Assembly (NCBI GenBank): GCA_049423145.1
Contig: JBMSQF010000001.1
Location: 27,171-91,170, forward strand
DNA: 64,000 nt
Source of the DNA: Burkholderiaceae bacterium
GTDB taxonomy: Bacteria; Pseudomonadota; Gammaproteobacteria; Burkholderiales; Burkholderiaceae_C
Direction: 5' to 3'
This document shows, piece by piece, positions 30,573 to 40,002 of the stretch. The stretch's first letter is position 1. Each line of letters begins with the position of its first letter. The notes below the pieces were generated by a model. The model had not been told where the DNA came from. It saw only the letters and a program-made list of their open reading frames with translations, and made no database searches. The position numbers and the translations under genes are program-made.

Positions 30573-30706
30573 GGCGGCATGATGGCACGGGGGTGGCTCA
30601 AGGGGTGAGCCGGGGACATCACCCGTTGAGTTGATCTGCGCTCAGCCCCATCGCCCGGGCGGCGCGCACCAGCGTCTGCTGTCGGGGCTTTCGGCTTCGT
30701 TCCATC

Positions 30707-31114
30707 TCACTCAACGCCCGAACGCCGCAGCGCCTTGACCCGTGCGTCTCGCGCCTTGGATTGCAGACGACGCTCCACGCTGGCGCGGGTGGGCCGCGTG
30801 GCGCGTCGCGTGGCAGGGATGTGGGCCGCTTGATCCAGAAGCTCCAGCAGGCGGCGCAGGGCGGCCTCACGGTTCATCGGGAGGCTGCGGTGTTCTTGGG
30901 CCTTGATGATGACCACACCTTCGCGGGTGATGCGTTGATCGCCCAGGGCCAACACGCGGGCCTTGAGGATGTCGGGCAGGGAGGAGGCGAGGACATCGAA
31001 GCGCAACTGGCTCGCATTGCTCACCTTGTTGATGTTTTGCCCGCCGGCGCCTTGCGCGCGGATGGCGCTGAACTCGAGCTCCGCGGGGTTCAGGCGGTAG
31101 GTGATGCGGGGCAT
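30707..31114 (-). CDS. arfB: Alternative ribosome-rescue factor ArfB (peptidyl-tRNA hydrolase YaeJ)
   Basis: '[16 protein letters not shown]' GGQ motif, a basic C-terminal tail and about 135 aa. In-frame ATG in track ORF 30707..31588. Confidence 0.88.
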   Translation of the reverse strand: MPRITYRLNPAELEFSAIRAQGAGGQNINKVSNASQLRFDVLASSLPDILKARVLALGDQRITREGVVIIKAQEHRSLPMNREAALRRLLELLDQAAHIPATRRATRPTRASVERRLQSKARDARVKALRRSGVE

Positions 31115-32208
31115 GGTGCGGTGGACACCGGCACGCGCGTTGCCAAGGCGCACATCAATTCGTAGCCAATGGTGCCGGCGGCCTGCGCGACATCGTCGAT
31201 CGACAGGACTTCGCCCTGTGGCCCATAGCCCCACAACGTGACGTCGCTGCCCCATCCGGCTGTGGGTGCGGGCGTCAAGTCGACGGTGATCAGGTCCATG
31301 CTCACGCGGCCGACCAGCTCGCACCGCACGCCATCGACCAACACCGGGGTGCCGGTGGGGGCGTGGCGGGGATAGCCGTCTGCATAGCCGCAGGCCACGA
31401 TGCCGATGCGCGTCGCGCGCGTGGCGGTGTAGGTGCTGCCGTAGCCCACCGTGTCTCCGGGCTGAAGATGCTGCAGGCCGATGAGCCGGCTGCGCAGGGT
31501 CATGGTGGGCTTGAGGTTCCAGGATGCAAGGGACCCGAGCGGGGCATCCGGGGCGCTGCCATAGAGCATGATGCCCGCGCGGACCCAATCGGCACTGGCG
31601 CCCGCCTGCTGCCCATACCGCAGAACGGCGGCGCTGTTGGATAGGCTGCGTTCTCCCGGCAGGTCCGCGGTGGCCTGCGAGAAGGCCTGCACCTGATGGG
31701 CGATGCCGCGTGGGCCATCGGCGTCGGAGAAGTGCGTCATCAGGGAGATTTCATCCACCTGTGGCAGCGCATTGAGCCGCGCCCAGGCGCCGCGCAAGGC
31801 GGCTTCGGTGAAACCCAGTCGGTTCATGCCGCTGTTCATTTTCAGGAACACGCGGTGCGGCACCTGGGTCTTGTGCGCGGCCAACCAGTCGATTTGCTCG
31901 GTCGTGTGGACCACATGCCACAAACCCAGTCGCGAGCACCATTCCAGATCACGCGGCTCGAAACAACCTTCGAGCAGCAGGATCGGCCCACGCCAGTCCA
32001 AGTCGCGCAGCCGGCGGGCCTCGTCGAAGTCCAGCAGCGCAAATCCGTCCGCGCGGCGCAGGCCCTCGAGTGCGCGCTCCAGGCCGTGTCCATAGGCATT
32101 GGCCTTGACCACCGCCCATGTGCGTGCGTCCGGTGCATGGGCCTGCGCCTGGGCCAGGTTGTGCGCCAGCGCGTCGGGGTGGATGAGGGCCTGGATGGGG
32201 CGGGGCAT
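31090..32208 (-). CDS. alr: Alanine racemase
   Basis: '[10 protein letters not shown]' PLP-lysine motif and full-length homology pattern. The 3' end overlaps the arfB start by 25 nt. Confidence 0.92.
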   Translation of the reverse strand: MPRPIQALIHPDALAHNLAQAQAHAPDARTWAVVKANAYGHGLERALEGLRRADGFALLDFDEARRLRDLDWRGPILLLEGCFEPRDLEWCSRLGLWHVVHTTEQIDWLAAHKTQVPHRVFLKMNSGMNRLGFTEAALRGAWARLNALPQVDEISLMTHFSDADGPRGIAHQVQAFSQATADLPGERSLSNSAAVLRYGQQAGASADWVRAGIMLYGSAPDAPLGSLASWNLKPTMTLRSRLIGLQHLQPGDTVGYGSTYTATRATRIGIVACGYADGYPRHAPTGTPVLVDGVRCELVGRVSMDLITVDLTPAPTAGWGSDVTLWGYGPQGEVLSIDDVAQAAGTIGYELMCALATRVPVSTAPCPASPTA

Positions 32209-32280
32209 GGGGACATGATCCTACAGACTGTCGGGGTATGCGGCGGCATCGCACAAGGCGTCGGTGCTATAACCTGGGAG

Positions 32281-32898
32281 ATGGAAGTCTTCAATTTCCT
32301 GATGCCCATCTTCACCGAGTACGGCTACATCGCCGTCTTCGTGATGCTGCTCATCTGCGGATTCGGGGTGCCGGTGCCGGAGGACGTGACCCTGGTGACC
32401 GGTGGCGTGATTGCCGGCCTGGGCTATGCCGATCCCCATGTCATGTTCGCGGTGGGCATGGCCGGTGTGCTCGTCGGCGACGGCCTCATCTTCACCCTGG
32501 GCCGCGTGTACGGTCAGCGCCTTCAAACGCTGCCGGGTTTTCGGAAAGTGCTCACGCCCGAGCGTTTCGAAAAGGCCGCCCAGCTGTTTCAAAAGTACGG
32601 CAAGTGGGTGATGTTCGTGGCGCGATTTCTGCCAGGCCTGCGCACACCGGTGTTCTTCAGCGCGGGCATGTCGCGCCGGGTCTCCTTCGGGACATGGTTC
32701 GTCATGGACGGTTTTGCAGCCCTGATCAGCGTGCCGATCTGGGTGTACCTGGGTTATTTCGGCGCACTGAACCGGGATTGGATGTTCAGTGTCCTGCGCC
32801 AGTTCCAGGTGGGCATCTTCATCCTGTTGGGCATCGGCGCGGTGGTGCTGGGGGTCATCTGGTGGCGCCGCCGCAAGGCCTCGCAGCTGCAGCCCTAG
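32281..32898 (+). CDS. DedA family membrane protein
   Basis: 'GVPVPEDVTLVTGG', 'KYGKWVMFVARFLPGLRTPVFFSAGM' DedA/SNARE-associated signature. Confidence 0.88.
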   Translation: MEVFNFLMPIFTEYGYIAVFVMLLICGFGVPVPEDVTLVTGGVIAGLGYADPHVMFAVGMAGVLVGDGLIFTLGRVYGQRLQTLPGFRKVLTPERFEKAAQLFQKYGKWVMFVARFLPGLRTPVFFSAGMSRRVSFGTWFVMDGFAALISVPIWVYLGYFGALNRDWMFSVLRQFQVGIFILLGIGAVVLGVIWWRRRKASQLQP

Positions 32899-33737
32899 TC
32901 GTCAACGCGCTGGTGTGGGGTTTGTCGTGGTGGCCGTTTCGCCACCTCGATGAACGCGGCCTGCACCCGCTGTGGGCGACCACCCTGGTTTACGCGGCCA
33001 TTTCCATCCTGCTCCTGGCGGTGCGCCCGCGAAGCGTCCTGGAACTGCTGCGTCCCAGCGCCCTGTGGGTGCTGATTGCCGCGGCCGGCACCACCAACGC
33101 GGCCTTCAATTGGGCGGTGAGCATCGGTGACGTGGTGCGCGTGGTGTTGCTCTTCTACCTGATGCCCTTGTGGGCGGTGCTCCTCGCGCGTGTGCTGCTC
33201 CAGGAGGCGATCACGCCGCGAGCCCTGCTGCGGGTGGCCCTGGGGCTGCTGGGTGCGTTGATCGTGCTGTGGCCACCGGAAGGGGCGACGGCGCTGGGTG
33301 CGGCTTTCAGTCTTGCCGATGCATTGGCCCTGATCGGCGGGTTTTCCTTCGCGCTGAACAACATCATGGTGCGGCGCGAGCAGGACCGCAGCGAAGCTGC
33401 GCGGGCAGCGGCCATGTTCATCGGCGGTGCCCTGGTGGCCGGTATGGTGGGCGTGGCGCTTCAGGCCGCGGGATCCATTCCTGCACCGCTGTGGAGGGAC
33501 GCATCACAGTGGTGGCCTTGGGCCGCGGGTCTGAGTGCGGCCTTTCTGGCGGCCAACCTCTGCCTGCAGTTCGGTGCTTCGCGGCTACCGGCACATCGCA
33601 CGGCCGTCATCATGCTCACCGAGGTGCTCTTCGCCTCCGCATCGGCCGTCGCACTGGGCGCCGGCACCCTGGGGCCGGCACTGCTCTTGGGCGGCGCCTG
33701 CATTCTGGCCTCGGCCTGGCTGGCGGCCTGGGACTGA
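32862..33737 (+). CDS. EamA/DMT family transporter
   Basis: About 10 TM helices and two EamA-like halves ('LVWGLSWWPF', 'ALNNIMVRR'). There is no ATG. The proposed GTG at 32862 overlaps dedA by 37 nt, so the start is uncertain. Confidence 0.7.
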   Translation: MAPPQGLAAAALVVNALVWGLSWWPFRHLDERGLHPLWATTLVYAAISILLLAVRPRSVLELLRPSALWVLIAAAGTTNAAFNWAVSIGDVVRVVLLFYLMPLWAVLLARVLLQEAITPRALLRVALGLLGALIVLWPPEGATALGAAFSLADALALIGGFSFALNNIMVRREQDRSEAARAAAMFIGGALVAGMVGVALQAAGSIPAPLWRDASQWWPWAAGLSAAFLAANLCLQFGASRLPAHRTAVIMLTEVLFASASAVALGAGTLGPALLLGGACILASAWLAAWD

Positions 33738-33823
33738 GCACGCGCAGCCCCCTTGAGGCCCGCGGGCCACCTGTCGCAACCCCGCACCGGCGCCCGAGGC
33801 CGGCCCTGCATTACGATCCATCC

Positions 33824-34309
33824 ATGGACAAGACCCTGAGCGATTTCGAGGCCACCGATATCACGGGGCGCAGCGTGCCCCTGGCCGAATTCAAGGGCCG
33901 CGTGGTTCTGGTGGTCAACACGGCCAGCGCCTGTGGATTCACCCCGCAGTTCGCCGGGCTGGAGGCGCTGTGGCAGCAATTTGGGGCCCGGGGTTTGAGC
34001 GTGATCGGCTTTCCCTGCAACCAATTCGGTGGACAAGATCCCAAGGACAACGCCGAGATTGCCGCCTTCTGCCAGCGCCATTACGGCGTCTCCTTTCCGA
34101 TGATGGCCAAGATCCAGGTCAACGGGCCGGAGGCGCACCCCCTGTTCCAATGGCTCAAGCAACAGGCCCCAGGGTTGCTGGGTTCTCAGGGCATCAAGTG
34201 GAACTTCACCAAGTTCCTGGTCGGTCGCGATGGCCGGGTCATCCGCCGGTACGCGCCGCAGGATGCGCCGTCCAAGTTGGCAGCGGACATTGAAGCGGCT
34301 TTGGGTTGA
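33824..34309 (+). CDS. Glutathione peroxidase
   Basis: 'VVNTASACGFTPQ', 'FPCNQFGGQ' and 'IKWNFTKFLV' GPx signatures. Confidence 0.92.
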   Translation: MDKTLSDFEATDITGRSVPLAEFKGRVVLVVNTASACGFTPQFAGLEALWQQFGARGLSVIGFPCNQFGGQDPKDNAEIAAFCQRHYGVSFPMMAKIQVNGPEAHPLFQWLKQQAPGLLGSQGIKWNFTKFLVGRDGRVIRRYAPQDAPSKLAADIEAALG

Positions 34310-34312
34310 GTC

Positions 34313-35503
34313 ATGTTTGAGCACATCACACCCTATGCGGGCGACCCCATCTTCGCCCTGGTGGACGCTTTCAACCGCGATGAGCGCGCCCACAAGGTCA
34401 ACCTGTCGATCGGCATCTACTTCGACGAGCAGGGGCGCCTGCCGGTGCTGCCCAGCGTGCAGGAGGCCGAGCGGCGCATCCTGGCCGAAGGCGGGCCCAA
34501 GCCCTACCTGCCGATGGAGGGTGAGGCAGCCTGCCGTGCGCAGGTGCAGCATCTGTTGCTGGGTGCGGGCCACCCGGCGCTGACCGAGGGCCGCGTGGCC
34601 ACCATTCAGACGGTCGGCTCTTCGGGCGGCCTGAAGGTGGGGGCCGACTTCCTGCGGACCTGGCTGCCGGACAGCGCGGTTTGGGTGAGCGACCCCACCT
34701 GGGACAACCACCGTTCCATGTTCGAGGGCAGCGGTTTTGCGGTCCACACCTATCCCTACTACGACAGCCAAACGGGCGGCTTGCGTTTTGCCGAGATGCT
34801 CGCCCGCTTGCGCAGCCTGCCGCCGCGCAGCATCGTGCTGCTGCACGCCTGTTGCCACAACCCCACCGGCGTGGATCTCAGCGCCGCACAATGGGACGTG
34901 CTGATTCCGGTCCTACGGGAGCGCCAACTGCTGCCGTATCTGGACTTGGCCTATCAGGGGTTTGGCGATGGCATCGATGAAGATGCCCACTCGGTTCGGG
35001 CCTTGGCTGCATCCGGCCTGACCTGCTTCGTGGCCAATTCCTTTTCCAAGAGCATGAGCGTGTATGGCGAGCGCTGCGGCGCCTTGTCGGCGGTGTGCGC
35101 CACGCCGGCCGAAGCCGACCTCGTGATGGGCCAGCTGCGCTACACGGTGCGGCGTATCTACTCCAGCCCGGCGATCCACGCCGCGCGTCTGGTGGCGCAT
35201 GTGTTGGGCGATGCGGATTTGCGTGCCCGCTGGCAAGACGAACTGGCGCAGATGCGGCAGCGGATGGTGGCGGTGCGCAGCGCCTTGCATGAACAGCTCT
35301 CGGCGCTGCGCCCTGATCGTGACTTTGGTTTCTTGCTCAGCCAGCGCGGCATGTTCAGCTACACCGGCCTGAGCGCAGGACAGGTCGATCGGTTGCGCGA
35401 GGAGCATGCGGTGTACCTGATCCGGTCGGGACGCCTGTGTGTGGCGGGGCTGACGCAGGCCAACGTCGCCCGTGTCGCGCGCGCCTTGTCCGAAGTGTTC
35501 TGA
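34313..35503 (+). CDS. Class I aromatic/aspartate aminotransferase (TyrB/AspC-like)
   Basis: 'DPIFALVDAFNRDERAHKVNLSIGIY.DEQG', 'CCHNPTG' and 'SFSKSMSVYGER' (PLP lysine). Confidence 0.9.
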   Translation: MFEHITPYAGDPIFALVDAFNRDERAHKVNLSIGIYFDEQGRLPVLPSVQEAERRILAEGGPKPYLPMEGEAACRAQVQHLLLGAGHPALTEGRVATIQTVGSSGGLKVGADFLRTWLPDSAVWVSDPTWDNHRSMFEGSGFAVHTYPYYDSQTGGLRFAEMLARLRSLPPRSIVLLHACCHNPTGVDLSAAQWDVLIPVLRERQLLPYLDLAYQGFGDGIDEDAHSVRALAASGLTCFVANSFSKSMSVYGERCGALSAVCATPAEADLVMGQLRYTVRRIYSSPAIHAARLVAHVLGDADLRARWQDELAQMRQRMVAVRSALHEQLSALRPDRDFGFLLSQRGMFSYTGLSAGQVDRLREEHAVYLIRSGRLCVAGLTQANVARVARALSEVF

Positions 35504-35557
35504 GCGGCACCGAGGCGAACCGCCCGGCCTGCCCCTGTCTTGGCGCCAGGTGAACCC

Positions 35558-37135
35558 ATGAGCCGTTGCTTGGTATGGCTCAAGCGCGATCTGCGACTGC
35601 ATGACCATGCGCCATTGGCCGCGGCCGTGCAGGGGCCCGCCGCTGCGCTGTGGATCTTCGAACCGGAGTGGTTGAACAGCCCGGAGTTTCATCCGCGGCA
35701 ATGGGCTTTTGCGCGCGCCTGCATCGCGTCCATGCGGCGGCAGTTGGCGGGACGCGGCCTGCCGCTGTTGGTGCGCGTCGGGTCTGCGGTTGCGGTGCTC
35801 CGCGAACTGCATGCACAGCACGGCTTCGATCGCTTGCTCAGCCACGAGGAGACGGGGCCGGGCTGGACCTATGAGCGCGACCGGGCCGTGGGGGCTTGGT
35901 GCCGCGACCGCGGCGTGATCTGGCAGGAGTGGTCCCAACACGGCGTGGTCCGGCGCCTGCGCAGCCGCAGCGGCTGGGCATCGCGATGGACGGCCCGTAT
36001 GGACGCCGCGCTGGTGGAAACGCCCCGTGCCTGGACACCCTGGATCGGGGTCGATGAGGGTGAACTGCCGGCCGACCACGACGCGCCCGTTCATGCCGTC
36101 GGCGGTGAGGCGGCCGGCTTCGCCTTGTTGGAGGATTTCCTGCGGGGCCGTGGCCGTGGCTATCGGCGATCCTTGTCGAGTCCCTTGACGGCCGAGTCGG
36201 GTTGCAGCCGCATCAGCGCACACCTGGCCTTTGGGGCCTTGAGCCTGCGCTGGGTACACCAACGCACCGAGGCGGCCATTGCCGCTGCGCGGGAGAACGG
36301 CGACCGGGCGCTGTCCTCGGGTCTGCGCGGGTTTGCCGGTCGATTGCGCTGGCACTGCCACTTCATGCAAAAGCTGGAGTCCGAGCCCGCGATCGAGTTT
36401 CGCCACTTCGCCCGTTCCTGCGATGGGCTGCGTCCTGGTGAAGACAAGCCCGAGGCACCGGTCTGGGGCCCCACGCAGGCGGCTCGGCTGCAGGCCTGGT
36501 GCGATGGTCAGACGGGCTTTCCGATGGTGGATGCCTGCATGCGCAGCCTCAATGCCACCGGTTGGTTGAACTTTCGAATGCGCGCGATGCTGGTGAGCTT
36601 TGCGTCCTACCATCTGTGGTTGCACTGGCGACGCACCGGGCTGCACTTGGCGCGCCAGTTCACGGATTTCGAGGCCGGCATCCACTGGAGCCAGATGCAG
36701 ATGCAAAGCGGCACCACGGGCATCAACACGCTGAGGATCTATTCGCCCACCAAGCAGGCGCTGGACCAGGACCCGCAGGGCGCGTTCATCCGTCGCTGGG
36801 TGCCGGAGCTGGCGGCGGTGCCCTTGGCCTGCTTGCACCGACCCTGGACCATGGATGCGTCCGTGCAGGCCGCCAGCGGCTGCCGCTTGGGGCGGGACTA
36901 TCCCGAGCCGATCGTCGACGAGCCGGCCGCAGCCCGGGCGGCGAAGGAGGCGATGTTTGGTTTGCGCAAAGGCCGCAATGCCCAGGCCGAAGCCGACCGC
37001 ATCCAGGACCGACACGGTTCGCGCAAGAGCGGACTCCCCCAGACGGGAGGGGGACGCCGCAGGAGGTCGGCGGATACCCAACTGGATCTCTTCGGCATGC
37101 CAGGCGTGCCACCATCGGGCCATGAGCCGGGGTGA
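35558..37135 (+). CDS. Cryptochrome/photolyase family flavoprotein (canonical N-terminal alpha/beta domain plus C-terminal FAD domain; subclass not assigned)
   Basis: 'LVWLKRDLRLHDHAPL' N-terminus. FAD-domain blocks 'GQTGFPMVDACMRSLNATGWLNFRMRAM' and 'HWSQMQMQSG...RIYSPTKQ'. Confidence 0.85.
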   Translation: MSRCLVWLKRDLRLHDHAPLAAAVQGPAAALWIFEPEWLNSPEFHPRQWAFARACIASMRRQLAGRGLPLLVRVGSAVAVLRELHAQHGFDRLLSHEETGPGWTYERDRAVGAWCRDRGVIWQEWSQHGVVRRLRSRSGWASRWTARMDAALVETPRAWTPWIGVDEGELPADHDAPVHAVGGEAAGFALLEDFLRGRGRGYRRSLSSPLTAESGCSRISAHLAFGALSLRWVHQRTEAAIAAARENGDRALSSGLRGFAGRLRWHCHFMQKLESEPAIEFRHFARSCDGLRPGEDKPEAPVWGPTQAARLQAWCDGQTGFPMVDACMRSLNATGWLNFRMRAMLVSFASYHLWLHWRRTGLHLARQFTDFEAGIHWSQMQMQSGTTGINTLRIYSPTKQALDQDPQGAFIRRWVPELAAVPLACLHRPWTMDASVQAASGCRLGRDYPEPIVDEPAAARAAKEAMFGLRKGRNAQAEADRIQDRHGSRKSGLPQTGGGRRRRSADTQLDLFGMPGVPPSGHEPG

Positions 37136-37304
37136 CCACAAGCGCAGTGACCAGGCCGCGGGCTTTCGCGGCAACAAGAACCAACTGCCCACCAAGCCTT
37201 GTGTGACCTGTGGGCGCCCCATGACCTGGCGCAAGGCCTGGGCGCGCAACTGGGACGAGGTCAAGCACTGTTCCGACGCCTGTCGCAAAGGCCGAAAGCC
37301 GTGA
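37122..37304 (+). CDS. DUF2256 small zinc-ribbon protein (60 aa)
   Basis: 'CVTCGRPMTWRKAWARNWDEVKHCSDACR' matches the DUF2256 pattern. It overlaps both neighbours (14 nt upstream; GTGA downstream). Confidence 0.75.
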   Translation: MSRGDHKRSDQAAGFRGNKNQLPTKPCVTCGRPMTWRKAWARNWDEVKHCSDACRKGRKP

Positions 37305-38851
37305 CCCGTCGATTGATCCTGGTCCTGGGTGACCAACTCGACTTCAGCGCCTCCTGTTTCGATGGCGCCGACCCGTTACAGGACGTGGTATGGATGGCCG
37401 AAGTGGACGAGGAGTCCACACACGTCTGGTCGTCCAAGCCGCGCATGGCGCTGTTTCTCTCAGCCATGCGCCACCACCGAGAGGCCCTGCGGGCACGGGG
37501 TTGGACCGTCGATTACCGCTGCCTGGAGGACGCCGGCAACCGGGGCTCGCTGCCGGCGGAGTTGACCGCGGCCCTCGCTCGCCACAGCCCGGAGTTGTTG
37601 GTGATGACGGCGCCGGGCGACTGGCGCGTCCTGGATGCGCTCAAACGGGTGGCCACTGACACCGGTGTATCCCTGGAGATCCGGGAAGACCGCCACTTCT
37701 TCAGCACCGTGCGCGAATTCGCCGCCCACGCTCGAGGCCGCAAGCAGTTGCGGCTGGAGTTCTGGTACCGAGCGCTTCGCCGTCAACATGGCGTGCTGAT
37801 GGATGGCGACGAGCCGGCCGGTGGTCAATGGAATTTCGATGCCGACAACCGCGAGGCCTTTGGCAAGGATGGCCCACCACCCATCCCCGAGCCCTGTCGG
37901 TTCGAGCCTGACGCGATCACCCGCGAGGTCATCGCCTTGGTCGAGAGGCGCTTTGCCCAGCACCCTGGCCAACTGGATTCATTTGCCTGGCCCGTCACGC
38001 GCGATCAGGCGCTGCAGGCGCTCACCGTCTTTGTCGAACAGCGACTGCCCCAGTTTGGGCGCTGGCAAGATGCGCTGTGGGAAGGGCAGGCGTGGCTGTT
38101 TCATTCGCACCTGTCGGCCGCCTTGAACCTGAAACTCCTCACGCCACATGAGGTGGTGCAGGCGGCACAAGCCGCATGGCGAGAGGGCCGTGTCGATCTG
38201 GCTTCAGCTGAAGGCTTCATCCGCCAGATACTGGGCTGGCGCGAATACGTGCGGGGCATCTACTGGCTGCACATGCCGCAGTACCTGGAGCGCAATGCCT
38301 TGGGCGCGACCCGACCCCTGCCGGCTTTCTTCTGGACGGGCGACACCGACATGGCCTGCCTGCGGGACGCGCTCAAGCAGACGCTGAACCACGGATACGC
38401 CCACCACATCCAGCGGCTGATGGTCACGGGCTTGTACCTCTTGCTGCTGGGTGTGGACCCCAAGGCGGTGCACGCTTGGTACCTGAGCGTCTATGTGGAC
38501 GCGGTGGAGTGGGTGGAGTTGCCCAACTCGCTGGGCATGAGTCAGTTTGCCGATGGCGGGCTGATGGCCAGCAAGCCCTATGTGGCCACCGGCAAGTACA
38601 TCCAGCGCATGAGCAACCACTGCAAGGGTTGCCGCTTTGACCCCGCGCAGGCCACGGGCGACCAGGCCTGCCCCTACACGACGCTCTACTGGGACTTCCT
38701 GATCCGGCACGAGGCGGTGTTGGCCCAGAACCCCCGGATGGTGATGCAGGTGAAGAATCTGGCGCGGCTGTCCGACGAGCGTCGCACCGCGATTGCCGCC
38801 AGCGCGGCTGCGCACGCCCTGGGCGCGGTGGGCCGGGAACCGCCGGTCTAG
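37301..38851 (+). CDS. FeS-BCP / PhrB-CryB-type cryptochrome/photolyase family protein (putative (6-4) photolyase)
   Basis: GTG start. 'LILVLGDQLD' N-terminus, 'GYAHHIQRLMV' and four Cys in the PhrB [4Fe-4S] pattern ('MACL', 'HCKGC', 'ACPYTTLYW'). Confidence 0.85.
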   Translation: MTRRLILVLGDQLDFSASCFDGADPLQDVVWMAEVDEESTHVWSSKPRMALFLSAMRHHREALRARGWTVDYRCLEDAGNRGSLPAELTAALARHSPELLVMTAPGDWRVLDALKRVATDTGVSLEIREDRHFFSTVREFAAHARGRKQLRLEFWYRALRRQHGVLMDGDEPAGGQWNFDADNREAFGKDGPPPIPEPCRFEPDAITREVIALVERRFAQHPGQLDSFAWPVTRDQALQALTVFVEQRLPQFGRWQDALWEGQAWLFHSHLSAALNLKLLTPHEVVQAAQAAWREGRVDLASAEGFIRQILGWREYVRGIYWLHMPQYLERNALGATRPLPAFFWTGDTDMACLRDALKQTLNHGYAHHIQRLMVTGLYLLLLGVDPKAVHAWYLSVYVDAVEWVELPNSLGMSQFADGGLMASKPYVATGKYIQRMSNHCKGCRFDPAQATGDQACPYTTLYWDFLIRHEAVLAQNPRMVMQVKNLARLSDERRTAIAASAAAHALGAVGREPPV

Positions 38852-39050
38852 AGAGGGTGCCCTCCCGTCTCGGAGGCAGGGGTTCGCCAGCCTGAGGCCC
38901 TCAGGCAGAAGGGCACCGGGAAGCCCCCGGGGGCTCCTGGATGTCCGCTTGGTGTCTAATCCCGCCCCATTGCGGTCGCCGTTTGAAAGCGGCGGCCTCG
39001 CGGTTTTCCGCGCTGCCGGCTGGTTCGGTCTGTGGTGCAGGACAGAGGCG

Positions 39051-39974
39051 ATGGACACCCTCCTCCAACAAATCATCAACGGCTTGGTCCTGGGCAGCAT
39101 GTATGCCCTGGTGGCTCTGGGCTACACGATGGTCTACGGCATCATCAACCTCATCAACTTCGCCCACGGCGAGGTGCTGATGGTGGGTGCGCTGGTGAGC
39201 TGGTCGGTGGTGACGGCACTGGGTGGCTCGGGTTTGCCGGGTGGGGTGCTGATGCTGATTTCACTGCCCATCGCGGTGCTGGTGTGCTGCACGCTCAACT
39301 ACGGCATCGAGAAGCTCGCCTACCGTCCCCTGCGCAACGCGCCGCGCCTGGCGCCGCTGATCACGGCCATGGGCATGAGCCTGCTGCTGCAGACGCTGGC
39401 CATGATCATCTGGAAGCCCAACCCCAAGCCCTATCCGCAGCTGCTGCCGGTGGAGCCCTTCCACATCGGCGGGGCGGTCATCTCGGTGACGCAGGTGTTG
39501 ATCCTGGCCTTGACGGCGGTGACGCTGGCCGCGTTGATGTTCCTGGTGAACCGGACGCGGCTCGGACGCGCGATGCGCGCGACGGCCGAGAACCCCCGCG
39601 TCGCCGCCTTGATGGGGGTGCGGCCCGACGCGGTGATCGCCACCACCTTCATCATCGGTGCCGCGCTGGCGGCCTTGGCCGGTGTGATGTGGGCCGCCAA
39701 CTACGGCACGGTGCAGCACACCATGGGTTTTCTGCCGGGCCTGAAGGCCTTCACCGCGGCGGTGCTCGGCGGCATCGGCAATTTGGGTGGCGCAGTCGTT
39801 GGCGGCCTTCTGCTCGGACTGCTGGAGGCCATCGGCGCGGGTTACCTGGGCGAACTCACCGGGGGCGTGCTGGGCAGCCACTATGTGGACGTCTTCGCGT
39901 TTGCCGCGCTCATCCTGGTGCTCACCCTTCGCCCCTCGGGCCTCCTGGGTGAGCGGGTGGCGGACCGCGCTTGA
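39051..39974 (+). CDS. livH: Branched-chain amino acid ABC transporter permease
   Basis: 'LLQQIINGLVLGSMYALVALGYTMVYGIINLINFAHGE' classic LivH N-terminus. Confidence 0.92.
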   Translation: MDTLLQQIINGLVLGSMYALVALGYTMVYGIINLINFAHGEVLMVGALVSWSVVTALGGSGLPGGVLMLISLPIAVLVCCTLNYGIEKLAYRPLRNAPRLAPLITAMGMSLLLQTLAMIIWKPNPKPYPQLLPVEPFHIGGAVISVTQVLILALTAVTLAALMFLVNRTRLGRAMRATAENPRVAALMGVRPDAVIATTFIIGAALAALAGVMWAANYGTVQHTMGFLPGLKAFTAAVLGGIGNLGGAVVGGLLLGLLEAIGAGYLGELTGGVLGSHYVDVFAFAALILVLTLRPSGLLGERVADRA

Positions 39975-40002
39975 TGCCAGCAGCAAGCGGGGTGGCGGTG
40001 TG

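Noticed and set aside
30619-30705. A 28-codon ORF ('MERSRKPRQQTLVRAARAMGLSADQLNG') starting 2 nt after the arfB stop and ending 46 nt before radA.
   Set aside because: It is too short. There is no convincing SD beyond GAG, no recognisable family, and such ORFs arise by chance in GC-rich DNA. It is only worth revisiting if ribosome profiling shows occupancy.
34913-37336. Very long antisense ORFs. Examples: 807 aa at 34913..37336, 800 aa at 61582..63984, 587 aa at 46957..48720, 588 aa at 17135..18901, 539 aa at 42455..44074, 588 aa at 59544..61310.
   Set aside because: Each lies exactly opposite a gene with strong, recognisable motifs. Their translations are Arg/Gly/Ala/His/Pro-rich low-complexity strings with no motifs. 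In DNA of about 70% GC, stop codons are rare in the antisense frame, so these are expected artefacts.
38852-39050. The structured 199-nt leader before livH (hairpins at CCTGAGG/CCTCAGG, GGAAGCCCCC/GGGGGCTCC and CGCCG-TTTGAAAG-CGGCG) as a possible riboswitch or attenuator.
   Set aside because: The first hairpins are adequately explained as terminators of the upstream photolyase operon. No Leu/Ile/Val-rich leader peptide or known RNA motif was recognised.
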